Source: Octopus bimaculoides (taxonomy: Eukaryota). From it: DNA of 35,880 nucleotides. The notes below the pieces were generated by a model. The model saw only the letters and a list, made by a program, of their open reading frames with translations. It was not told the origin of the DNA and did no database searches. The stretch is from the NCBI RefSeq assembly GCF_001194135.2, contig NC_068981.1, forward strand, positions 8,793,663 to 8,829,542. The letters run 5' to 3'. The translations under genes and the position numbers were made by a program. The number at the start of each line of letters is the position of its first letter. Within the stretch, counting starts at the first letter, position 1. This document shows positions 1 to 11,269 of this stretch, piece by piece.

Positions 1-752
1 AAGAAACTGTTCAAAATTTTAGGCCAAGTTCTTACTACTGAGTTCTCTAACTACCAGTCTTGTACTTAATGTCATATTCCTTTAGCCAGCGGGCCAAATA
101 AAATAAAGACCGAAGAGGGTATTACATCATTAGAACAGATTATTTTACTTCTGTTTCACGAATCAGACAAAAAAAAAAAAAAAGAAATACGTAAAAGAAA
201 ATCCCTGTTCAAGATTCTTTTTTTCTCAAATTCGACAAGAGAAAGTTGCTGCTATTTTTGAACTTATCAGAATATATTTATAGAATAATTTTAATTAGAA
301 TTTTTCAAGAAATAGGCCCAGCTGAAAGAGAAAGTGCAGCACTGAGGGCTGCAAATATTCGTTTTCTTAGTTTCTGTCGTCCTGAATATACGAGAAAATA
401 AATAAAGTATTGTTGATGAGGTGGTAATAAATAAAGTAGTGATCAATTAATAACGGAAATGAACGAAGCTGATGTGGTACAGCCAAAGTATCGTGAAATC
501 AGTTGGTCACAAACCATATTCTAAGGAACTAGTACCAGAATAAATACACAGAAGGGATCCGAGAATTACAGTAACAACAGCCTCGACTACTTGCTGTTGC
601 AATCATTCTTTCTTTTAGGATAAAATTGGAAAAGAAAGGGAACTGAGCTTTATTATTATAAGCGGCAGGAACGTTGTGTAACTGGCGAGTGTTTATGTAG
701 TGTTGAGCCTCGAAATTTTAAATGAAAATAACTCATGTAGAAAAGAAGAGCT

Positions 753-766
753 GTTGCCATAGAAAC
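753..766. promoter_or_regulatory. RFX X-box-like motif GTTGCCATAGAAAC
   Basis: Fits the X-box consensus GTHNYY-AT-RRNAAC with a perfect left half, in a locally CpG-containing stretch. It is a single motif with no linked gene identified. Confidence 0.3.
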
Positions 767-1129
767 AGGAAGAGGTGAAAGTTTGACGTTTCGGGAAATT
801 CCACTCTATTTAAGAAGATTGGCCTATATTTTAGGTGACTGTCTCAACCAGTTTGATTACATTAAGGATTAGAGTTGTAACATCTGAGACTCATCTTCAG
901 ACATTTTCACTGAAAAAAAAAACAACAGTAATAAAGAGAACTGGCGAAAGAGTGACACAATCTTTGATTTATTTTCGCAATCCGGAAGAATTTGGTACCA
1001 CACCTAATCTGATATTCTGCTACCATCACTATTTCCTCATCGAGTTAAGGGAGTAAAATAAGAAAGCTAAGACCAATATTTTTTTTCCTTTGTGTCACCA
1101 ATTTATTAAAAAAATAATAATAATAATAA

Positions 1130-1243
1130 TAGACGTGGCTTTGCGGTAAGAAGTTTACTACATGTTTCCAGGTTCAGTCCCACAGTGGGACATTTTGAGC
1201 ATCTTCTACTATAGCCTCGGGCCGATCAAAGCTTTGTGAGTAC
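1130..1243 (+). mobile_element. tRNA-derived SINE fragment (family B, ...GGTAAGAAG...CTTCTACTATAGCCTCGGGCCGA...)
   Basis: Shares CTTCTACTATAGCC..GG.CGA.CAAA with the longer copy at 30712-31181. Confidence 0.7.
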
Positions 1244-1340
1244 GAATGGTGCTATCTGAAAATTGAAAGCGGAGAAACTTACTCATTTTTCTTCTATTTG
1301 GTAAACTGTATCACCCGAAACGCTAGATTTTCTTCTGTTT

Positions 1341-1872
1341 TTGCCTTTGGAAAAACAGACAATCCCATTTATCTTCATTGTATGTGATCAAAACAGCACC
1401 ATGACACAATTAGCTCTGCCAGAAATTTGGAAACGATATGCTGTACTGCCTGGCATTCGCGCCGGAAGCTCCAATAAGAACATTTCAGAGTTTTTGGGTG
1501 TCAATGTGAGGACAGTGTTGAGGATTCAGAAACAGTTGGATGAGTCTAATGGTGATTATGATGGTACGGCAGCTCAGAAAACTCACTCTGATCGTTCTGA
1601 TAAGAAAAGAACTCCTGAATTTGTTGGTGAGATCCAGGCCATGATTGACAATAATCCCTCCAAGTCAATCAGGTCCATTGCCAGGGACACGAGAGTGTCT
1701 GAGTTTCTTATCAAGTAGGTAATGCATGATGACCTTCAGTATTCCTCATATGAGATGAAAAAGGGGCGATTTTTATCACAAGCCATTAAGGACATTTTTA
1801 TGTAATTTTGGCAAATATATCTGTTAAAATGAGATGTCAGTGTCATTTTAGACAATTTCTTTACCGCACCCT
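1341..1872 (+). mobile_element. Internally deleted IS630-Tc1-mariner transposon (probably DD37D/maT-like), N-terminal HTH only
   Basis: Translates as MTQLALPEIWKRYAV...GVNVRTVLRIQK...RTPEFVGEIQAMIDNNPSKSIRSIARD..VSEFLIK*VMHDDLQYSSYEMKKGRFLSQAIKD, with an in-frame TAG at 1716-1718. No catalytic DDD domain is present. It ends in a terminal-like ...ACCGCACCCT followed by TA. Confidence 0.8.
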
Positions 1873-4409
1873 ATATATATATGTGCATGTATGTAATCGT
1901 GTACGCGCGATTCGGTGTCCCGTTGTCTTGACAGCATTTTCGTTATGTTAATCACTTCCAGTTTCTTATGCAAAACGTCTGACCATCGAGAAATATTACC
2001 TTAAGTGGAAACAATTAAGAGTTGGTGCCAGGAACAGGATCCGGCCATAAGAAGCTACTCCCAATGAATTTCGTGGAAAAGTGGACGTTGAAACAGTAAC
2101 AACAGTTGCAACAAGTGGCCATTTAGCTTCTCCATCAAGCAGACGCCACTGTACATAGAAGAGATCCAGTTAAGGTAAACGGAACCAAAATCGACTGGAC
2201 TAAGGGATTGAGAGGTAAATTTGTCCGTGGAGTGGGACATGAAAAGCATCAAATCATTTTAGCTGACTCACATCAATTTGTGCCATGCCCTCGCACGTCA
2301 ACACCGTTTTCTGCTGCTTTAAGTATGTTTGGTGTTAGTTTCAAATATATTTATCATACTAAATGATTATTATTCTTAATTTTTTTTTAATCTTTAACCG
2401 AGTTATTGCTTCATATTTTTTCCACAAGACAATAGTTGTGTCATTTCCTTTACTGGTGCTGAAGTAATATGGAATTTCGACCAAGCAGGTGTGAAATGCT
2501 AATTAAACGATTGTTGCATAAAACAAATATTTGTGTTCTGGTGGAGAGAAATCTGAAGTATTTTATCAAACCAAAACATTATGGAACGCAATGAAACCAG
2601 AATTATTAAACAGTGACCTTCAGTATGTCAAGGGGTTATAACATCAATACAATTATTTCATAGCATCGCTGTGTTTTAAACGTATATTAGAAACGCAAAA
2701 TAGATTTTAGACATACATTATGTTACAAAAACTATATAAATTTTAAACATAGAAACACCATAATTTTTCTCAATACAAAAATGTTCAATATTCACGGTTT
2801 ATAGTATTCCATTTACCTTTCTTACCGAAAGGAAGACATTTTATCATTGTATTTTCACACACATACACACACACACACTGTTTTAAAACAGGTACTGAAA
2901 TTCCTATGTAGCTGATGTCATGACAACTCATATCATGGCTCAGCTTCAGCTTAATTTATAGATTAGTTGAGACCACTTAACACTGGACAATCGGCTTTTC
3001 TTGGCAGCTTCTACATCTTCGATACCATAAAGAATTTACATTTAGAGGTGTGTATCGAGACGATGGGTTAACTCTAGTACAATTTGTCAATGACCATACA
3101 CTACATAAACACAGAATAAGACTTATCAGCATCTTAATTTCGACCTCCATCTTTTCATGGCTAAATTTCAATGAGTAGACGGTGTATTGACAAGTTATCT
3201 AGTCAATATTTTAGTGGGATTTCATAAAATATCTGTAACTAAATATTGGTATATATTAAATTGATGTAGATCAAATAAAATATCAGAATCTGATTCACAC
3301 AGTAATAACATTTGGACCAAGAATATTTTAGTGCAGTGGGTGTGGTCTGAAGAGTTAAAAATAACCATTTCTACAAATATGTGTAACATCGATTTCTTGA
3401 CGTTACATTCAACTTAAACACCATTAAGCAGAAGAAGCCAATTTGTTAATGGTTCCAATCAGTCATCAAGAACATAAGCAAAAGAATATCAATTCATTAT
3501 ATAAACATATTTTTGACACAGATGCCATTTACGATAAAAAAAAAAGAGGACCAATATGATTTGAAGCATTTAAGGTGAGTTAGGTGTATCGTAAGATTAC
3601 AGCCTCACCTAAATATTGATTTCTGAAAAGATGTCTAAGAGAATCTCAATACAGAAAAAGTGGTTGATCCTCAATTTCAGAATAATTTCCAGGTAGATCA
3701 TAGCTCCCCACACCTCACACACACCAGAAAATGAATGCAGGGTTGCAAGTCAATGGCATATTCAAGAAAAGAAGCCAAGAATTATATGACTGTGTGGTAC
3801 CTGTCACCAGCCAAGTGTACTGAGCTAAGAGCCTTGACAAGGAACACAATGTAAAATACCAACACCTTACCAAATACCAAAATCCCTCCTCACCCTCAAT
3901 TGCTGTTTCTCTCTCTCTCTCTCTCTCTCATTAAAACAAACAAGATTAACAAGAAGCAAGCAATTTTATTTGAAAATAATAACAAGCTTTCAAATTTAAA
4001 CAACAACAACAACAACAATGGAAATTGCTATGAAATAAAAGTCAGTGATTTTCTTTGATACAAAATATCACGGAAAACTTCTAACAGGTCACCATTTTGA
4101 CAATACGTCTTCAATAACAACAACATTAACAATGTACTAAGCTTAATTATATTTATAAACACACACACACACATATATATATATATCAACATATACTGCT
4201 GAGACAATAAATAAAGATATACATTAAAGCATCTTGAATAATTTGGGTACCTTTGATGATAGAACCATCAGCCATGACCACACACACACGTTGGTGTATT
4301 ACTTTGCATTTAGGTTTCATATCACATCCAGGTAGGGACAACAAATATTTGGACAGTGTTTGCAGACACAGACATGCATGCACCTCAGCCATGTGATGTT
4401 GGGTTCTCA

Positions 4410-4668
4410 ACAGCTTTGGCAAGTGTCTTTTGCAATAGCCCCTGGCCAACCAAAGACTTGTGGCTGGATTTGGTAGGCAGAAACTGAAAAGAAACCTGTT
4501 GTGTGTGTGTGTGTGTGTGTAACCTTTTCTTGATGGCACATGATGGCTGTAAATGAGCATCAGCATCATACAGGTGGTGTTGTTCATTTTTTGTCTTCCC
4601 TGGGAAACCTTCTCTGACCAATGCAAGCGCAGAAAAATGAACATTAACGATGCTCATGATGATGATGG
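4410..4668 (+). mobile_element. Degenerate family B SINE with internal (GT)n and RTE-like (GAT)n tail
   Basis: GGCAAGTGTCTT...AATAGCCCC.GGCCAACCAAAG.CTTGTG...GGATTTGGTAG.CAGAAACTGAAA matches the other family B copies. The 3' end ...ATGCAAGC..AGAAAAATGAACATTAACGATG..ATGATGATG resembles the RTE tail. Confidence 0.6.
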
Positions 4669-4843
4669 TGGAGGTATAGTTGTTAAGCTCATTATAAAAG
4701 CCATTAGTAAAGGTGTTCTAAATTTCAAATTTAAAACTTTAGTTAAAAACTAATCCTCATAATCAAACCTCACATTTAATTAATAACTCTGCTATTCAGA
4801 GATTATGCAATCACACCGTACATTTATAATGAGGTTGATTGAT

Positions 4844-4887
4844 GTTAAGTGACGTTTCGGTTGGCCATACTTCGTCAGAATTTGAAC
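4844..4887 (-). ncRNA. Penelope-type minimal type I hammerhead ribozyme motif (core intact, helices imperfect)
   Basis: Minus strand reads GTTCAAATT-CTGACGA-A-GTATGGCCAACC-GAAA-CG-TC-ACTTAAC. All core residues are present, with a GUC cleavage triplet and a palindromic ACGU helix III. Helix I and II pairing is partial. Confidence 0.55.
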
Positions 4888-5313
4888 TGTCAAGGTTTCA
4901 AGACATGGCACGTTTTCTGTCAATACAATGTCTGAGAGTGGCATCTTCTGTAAACATATTTACTCTTGTTTTGGTAAGAATATTTATAGACACAGTATCA
5001 TCATTAATGAATGAAGATGTGTTCATTTATATTTAATATCATTTAGGTAATAACCATAAAGAAGCTTTGAAATAGACATGAGCTTATCAGCTAACACATG
5101 CCACCGTACAATAGGATTATCTCTTTTTCTGGGTATACAAGTGGAACTCTGCTAGTGTATACAAAATTTATATAAAGACTTATAAAACAAGAAGATGGAA
5201 TGAACAGGTTTTAATCACAACTGTTTGTTTCATTGCACAGAAACAATTGTTGTGATTAAAGCTTGTTCATTCCATCTTTTAAACATATATCAATATATAT
5301 TTTTTCTGTAGTT

Positions 5314-5339
5314 ATATATATATATATATATATATCTCA

Positions 5340-5376
<37 letters not shown>

Positions 5377-5445
5377 TTAATTAGAGAACAAACATATGTG
5401 TATATATATATATATCACATATATATATATATATATCACACACAC

Positions 5446-5494
<49 letters not shown>

Positions 5495-5654
5495 TGAGAC
5501 ACAAGAGAGGTGGCATGTGTATGTTTGTTCTTAAAGGGTTTTCAGTGTGTGTAAATATGTCTATGTATGTACATCTTGTATAAGAAAATCTCCATGTGAG
5601 TATATATGTGTGCATGCATGTCTGTGTGTGCGTGTGTGTGTGTGTGTATGTATG
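5314..5654. repeat. (AT)n/(CA)n/(GT)n microsatellite block
   Basis: Directly visible dinucleotide runs. Confidence 0.95.
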
Positions 5655-5989
5655 CAGATAAATAGACACACAATTATGTCCTATTCCTGACGATGTATTC
5701 ATAATGAGGCATTGCAATGCAATCCAACTAATATAAGACTCGTTATCACAAGTAACACAACAACAACAACAACACACACATAAGGTTCAATGGCATCTTA
5801 CATAAACAGCAAAGTTATTATTATTATTATTGTTTTAATACAGAATCATTACAAGATATATTTATAGAAATTTTCATCATTCTTTTGTAGATATAATAGG
5901 GCACAGCCATAGAGAACATTCTGTCAGACAAAATACAGCCGACAGACGTTCTATAGAATAATTAATAATAGTAATAATAATAGGGGTTT

Positions 5990-6330
5990 TTTTTGTAATT
6001 TGGGAACAAGGCCAGTAACTTTGAGGGGAGGTATTTTACTTTATTGACCCTGGAGGGATGAAAAGCAAAGTTAACTTCACTGAGATTTGAACTCAGTAAA
6101 GAACCAGAGAAAATACAATGTTGTATTTCTTTTCAATTTCTAATAATTCACCAATCCACCATCTTGATGTAAAAATAATAATAATAATAATAATTCCTTA
6201 CATAGGCCCAGGGTGGGGAGTGATTAATCAAATGAACCCTGGTACTTGATTGTTACTTTATTGTTTGGACTCTTTGAGGATAAAACATCAAGTTGGTCTC
6301 AATGGGATTCGAACCCAGAACATTAAGTGT
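5990..6330 (-). mobile_element. Two degenerate family A SINE copies
   Basis: Reverse complements of the family A core, G(G)AT(G/A)AAA...AAGTT..C...GATT(T/C)GAAC(T/C)CAG, at about 6055-6096 and 6277-6320. Confidence 0.6.
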
Positions 6331-6811
6331 TATACTCCTAAGCATACATACATATGTGTATATACATACATACCAGAAATGGACCATACAGGCAAGACAT
6401 AGATTCCACAAGCCCTCAAACAGGCAAGCAACCCATCTACATGAACAGTAACTCCCAAAGAAGAATAGATTCAGGGCACAGAAGATGCTTCAATCTGGAA
6501 GCATCTCTCTACAGACTGTGCCACTGTAACACACCTTCGTGGCACAATAACCAACCTGCAACAAAGTTGGCCAGTTTCCTCTGTTGCTGTGTGCACTTGT
6601 ATGTTAGATGATGAGGGCCGTGATGACCTGTTTAATCCATGCCAGCAGTAAAAAGTAGGATGAAGATGATGGTGATGATGATGAGGACACAATCCTGTTA
6701 CTGAGGACGAAATTATTGACCACTGGCTGGTATTCAACTGTCCACTTTGAACAACAAACTTTTGCTCAACAAATAACTTTCATTGAATTCTCATATTAGA
6801 ACAAACAGTAA

Positions 6812-6826
6812 TAGTAGTAGTAGTAG

Positions 6827-6865
<39 letters not shown>
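6812..6865. repeat. (TAG)5(TAC)13 abutting inverted microsatellite
   Basis: Directly visible; the two halves are reverse complements. Confidence 0.95.
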
Positions 6866-6867
<2 letters not shown>

Positions 6868-7602
6868 AGTAGAACTTATCTGCACTTTTTTGTCTGTGCG
6901 TATACACACACACACACACACATACACAGAGCAGCAATACTAAAACTAATACATTTTTCTTCCAAAGCAAAATATGGTCACAAGAATTAGGTGCAGTTCT
7001 TGAATTGAGCAGCAAAGACTGAGCACACACACACACACACACATTTGTTCTTTATATTATAATAAAAACAATTTTACATTAAACTCAATACATTTGCTAG
7101 AGTACAAATTTATTATTCTTTAAACAGCATAAAGCATTGACAGTGTCAATAGCATTTTTGTTAATGAGTAATTATATAATATCCAAAATCCAAGTGGACA
7201 AGTACATTGTCCATAAAGTTTACAACTTCAGCCTCACTCTCCAGTATTATTTAATAGCCATGGTCAGCTTGGCTCCAACCAATATAAATAGCTAGCATGG
7301 CCATATATGGAAGGTGGAATATTTTCTTTTTTATGATTAATATTTATATTTTACTTATTTATATATTTAAATGCCCAAGGAAAAATGTAAATAGCATAAA
7401 GCTACAAATTCACAACCCATTATTTGCCCCAGTTGGCTGTTGTATCAAGTATAGATTGGTGTCTGACCAGATATTTTGGAATGAGTGGTGTTACATGTTA
7501 AGAATAAACCCCAGCAAAATTTGGACTCAGAAGATAAATACACATGCTACTGTAAGACACACATCCAGTGTCCCACTGATATGGTTAGCTACAGCTACCA
7601 AA

Positions 7603-7644
<42 letters not shown>
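7603..7644. repeat. (AAT)14 microsatellite
   Basis: Directly visible. Confidence 0.97.
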
Positions 7645-7645
<1 letters not shown>

Positions 7646-7726
7646 GGCACCATCAAACCAACAATTCACACAACCCACATTCTACACAGCTGAAACCCAC
7701 TAACACTACACACATTAAATATTATA

Positions 7727-7959
7727 AGGCGGAGAGCTGGCAGAAACGTTAGCACGCCGGGCGAAATGCTTAGCGGTATTTCGTCTGCCGCTACGTTCAG
7801 AGTTCAAATTCCGCCGAGGTCAACTTTGCCTTTCATCCTTTCGGGGTCGATTAAATAAGTGCCAGTTACGCAACTGGGGTCGATATAATCGACTTAATCC
7901 GTTTGTCTATCCTTGGTGGTCCCCTCTGTGTGTAGCCCCTTGTGGGTAGTAAAGAAATA
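7727..7959 (+). mobile_element. Near full-length family A tRNA-derived SINE with 17-bp target-site duplication
   Basis: Head AGGCGGAGAGCTGGCAGAA...GAGTTCAAATTCC (A/B-box-like) and core CCTTTCATCCTTTCGGGGTCGATTAAATAAGT. Flanked by ACACATTAAATATTATA at 7710-7726 and 7960-7976. Confidence 0.9.
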
Positions 7960-8268
7960 ACACATTAAATATTATACACACTGTCTGGCATTTAAACACA
8001 CAACAGCAATCAAAATATACATACATACCCCATACCAGCAAGGAAGATAAACATGAAATGATGATTATATCATCTATATATGTGTGTGTGTGTGCATACA
8101 CACACCACAAGTGACACTGAACTACTTGAATATTAGAATAGCACCAAAAACAAACAAAGACCAATGAAATAAACAAACAAGGACCAAGAACACAAATAAA
8201 CAGCAGGAACGTGGAGGTGAGTCTGGTGATGCAGTAGGAACTTGCATGAAACTATTAAAGACAACAGC

Positions 8269-8343
<75 letters not shown>
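8269..8343. repeat. (AAT)25 microsatellite
   Basis: Directly visible. Confidence 0.97.
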
Positions 8344-8344
<1 letters not shown>

Positions 8345-8346
8345 GT

Positions 8347-8525
8347 AAGGCAAGCTGGCAGAAACAAGCACATCTGACAAAATCTTTATGCTCTGAGTTC
8401 AAATTCCACTGAGGTCAACTATGCCTTTCATTCTTTCAGGGTCAATGAAATAAGTACCAGTCATGTACTGGGGTCGGTGTAAACGACTTACCCTTATCTC
8501 CTGAAATTACTGATCTTGAAACCAA
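8347..8525 (+). mobile_element. Degenerate family A SINE
   Basis: AGCTGGCAGAAAC...CTGAGTTCAAATTCC..TGAGGTCAACT.TGCCTTTCAT.CTTTCAGGGTC...AATAAGTACCAG. Confidence 0.75.
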
Positions 8526-9459
8526 TAATAATAGTTTGTAATATAGGCCCAAAGCCTGGAATTTGGTTCTATATTTTACCTTCTAGGATAGGATGAAAGA
8601 CGAAGTTGACCACAGCAGGATTTGAACTCAGAATGTTAAGAGCCAAATGAAATGCCACTCAGCATATTTGTCTGATGCACCAATAATTCTGCACAATTTT
8701 GCAGGCCAGCAATTTCAAGGGGAGGGATCACATCAACCCCAGTACTTTTTGCTGGGAGAGCTAACAATTCTACCTGCTCACTGCCATAATAATAATAATA
8801 ATAATAATAATAGCAATAACAAATTCTTATAGTAATGTTTAAAACAACAACAACAACAAAAAGAAACCAATGAAACAAAACTGTACAAATCTAAAGTTTA
8901 AATCTCAATAAATCAATTCCAAAGTTTAAATCTCAAAACATGAATTCCAACGTTTAGAAATGAAATTTTAAAATTTGTGATCAATAAATAAAGTTACAAA
9001 TAAATATGAAGTTCAGAGTGGATTTAGTAGAGAAAGCTAGAATGGAAAGAGGGGAAAATCAAGTGAAGAAGAGAGACACAGGTCAATGAATGCAACTAAA
9101 TTACATAAAAGCTGCCCGATGAAGCACAAAAGAGTGAAGACGCACCACCTAGTGGAGACAGTAGGAGGGGAGATAACTGAGACAGCCTGAAGCAACAGCT
9201 GTGATTTGGTAGACAAAACATAGAAAACACAGACATTGCAGTGAAGCGAAATTATGTAAAATGGACAAAGATATTGTCTCACATATATAGAACAGCTGCT
9301 AAGGGGACACGGGGACATAGTGAGTAGGAGAACCAGGGAGTATTACTACAAAAGGCACTGGAAATGAAAGTCAGTTAAAAGAAAGGTGGTACTTAACAGA
9401 TTTAAGAAAGAGTAATAGTTGTTGTTACTACTACTACTACTTCTAATAAAAATAAAATC

Positions 9460-10420
9460 CTTTCTACTCTAGGCACAAGGCCTGAAAGTTTGGGAGAGGA
9501 GGCTTGTCAATTACATGGATCCCTAATATTCGATTGATACTTATTTCAACAACCCTCAAAGGATGAAAAGCAAGGTTGACCTCAATGATAATAATTGCTT
9601 CAAATTTTTGGCTCAAGGCCAGCAATGCTTATGGGATGAGGTTCGTCAGTTACATCAACCCCAGAACATGACAGGTGTTTTGTTTTAAGATGAAAGACAA
9701 AGTTGATCTCGGAGGGATTTGAATTGAGAAGGTAAAAGAGTCAAAAGAAATAATGGAAGGTATTTTTATCCGATTCTACCAGTTCACTGCCTTGGTTTCT
9801 AATTTAAGGAGGAAGGTCAACAATTTTGAAGGTTAATCAATACCCTCAGCACATCCCTCCCCATCCCCAGACTGATACTTTATTGTAATCAAACCCCAGA
9901 GGGATGAAAGGACAAGTTGACCACAGCAGGATTTGAACTCCAAATGTAAAGAGTTGGAACAAATACTGCAAGCAATTCTAACAGCTCACAAAGCACAAAG
10001 TCAGCAATTTTGAGGGGAGGGGGTTCAATCAATACCACTGAATCCAGAATTTGACTGGCACTTTATTTTACTGACCCAGAGAGAAGGATGATAAAAGTTA
10101 AACTCAGCAAGATTTGAACTTATAATATAAAAAATGAGAAGAGAAACTAAATGACATTTTGTCAGACATTCCAATGAACCAGTTAAATTATTTGTTTCAA
10201 ATTTCGACACAGGGGCCAACAACTTTGGGGGAGGAGGTCAGTCAATTACTTCAACCCCCAATACTCAATCAATATTCACTTTACTGACCCCGAAAGGATG
10301 AAATGCAAAATCAACCTTGACAGAATTTGATCTCAAAACAAAGGTGAACAAAATATCACAAAGCATTTTGCTCGGCATGCCAAGAATTCTGTCAGCTGCC
10401 TCATTAAGTCAACGATATTA
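9460..10420 (-). mobile_element. Cluster of about five co-oriented degenerate family A SINEs
   Basis: The reverse-complement core G(G)ATGA.AA...AAG.TGAC/AACC...GATTTGA recurs near 9561, 9688, 9902, 10086 and 10296. A further copy is near 8591. Confidence 0.7.
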
Positions 10421-10499
10421 ATTAGAGTTAATTAAACTACAATATTAATGTTAATTTAAACATACAAACTCATTAATATTAGGTTAACTAAAACACTGA

Positions 10500-10713
10500 G
10501 CTAGCAGAATCACTCATGCGCGTAGAGCCACACGTTCAGCACCATTTCCTCAATCTTAACATTCTGAATTCAAATTCCACAAAGGTCAACCCTGCTTTTC
10601 ATCCTTTTGGGGGTCAATAAAGTACCAGTTGAGCGCTGGGGTTGATGTAATCAACCCTAACCCTTCCCCCCACCCTGGAATTGTTGGCCTTGTGCCAAAG
10701 ATCTGAAACCAAC
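10500..10713 (+). mobile_element. Degenerate family A SINE
   Basis: CTAGCAGAATC...TTCTGAATTCAAATTCCAC..AGGTCAAC..TGCTTTTCATCCTTTTGGGGGTCAATAAAGTACCAGTTGAGC.CTGGGGTTGATGTAATC. Confidence 0.75.
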
Positions 10714-10921
10714 ATTAGGTTAACATTTTAGTATTAAGTAAACAATATTAGTTTTAAGTGTATAAAGTGTAATTATCAAGTTAGTCATTATTAATATTAA
10801 TTATATAAAATATCATTAACTATATAATTACTTTGGTTACATTAAGCATATTAGTATAATTGGTAATACTAAGTTAATTGTATAAAACATTATTAGAATT
10901 AACTATATTAAGCATTATTAG

Positions 10922-11180
10922 TGTAGCCTAGGGGTTAGGGTGTTGCGCTTACAATCATTAGATTATGGGTTCAATTCCCAGACCAGGCAATGCATTGTGT
11001 TCTTGAGCAAAACACTTTATTTCATATTGATCCCGTCCACTAAGTCGTAAATGGGTAACCCTGTGATGGATTAGCCTTTGGGTCGGGGGCAATGCCGGTC
11101 TGTTTGCCTAGCCAGCAGGGTGATGTTGTTTGAAAGCTAAAACAATGTAAAGTGCATTGTGACCAGCGATGTATAACATA
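10922..11180 (+). mobile_element. tRNA-derived SINE of a third family (family C)
   Basis: A-box-like TAGCCTAGGGGTTAGG and B-box-like GGGTTCAATTCCC, followed by GTGTTCTTGAGCAAAACACTTTA, a typical SINE central-domain-like motif. Confidence 0.65.
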
Positions 11181-11237
11181 CATACAAAAGTCTGGTCAAG
11201 ACTGTGATATTAAGTATTGAGTTAAGTATATAATTAC

Positions 11238-11269
<32 letters not shown>

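Noticed and set aside
4186-4753. Overlapping ORFs (152, 90 and 66 aa) and an acceptor-like TTTCTTTTCAG
   Set aside because: The region is a degenerate family B SINE with a (GT)n run and an RTE-like tail.
8122-8402. Poly-I/poly-L ORFs, and similar ORFs at 5263-5777, 6791-7042, 7297-7752, 13453-13821, 31186-31641 and 34141-34449
   Set aside because: They are open only because they run through stop-free microsatellite frames. They have no coding composition or splice support.
10922-10985. tRNA-like sequences (also at 7727, 15620, 26244, 30715 and 34063)
   Set aside because: They have A/B boxes but no complete cloverleaf, and each continues into a repeat body. They are SINE heads, not tRNA genes.
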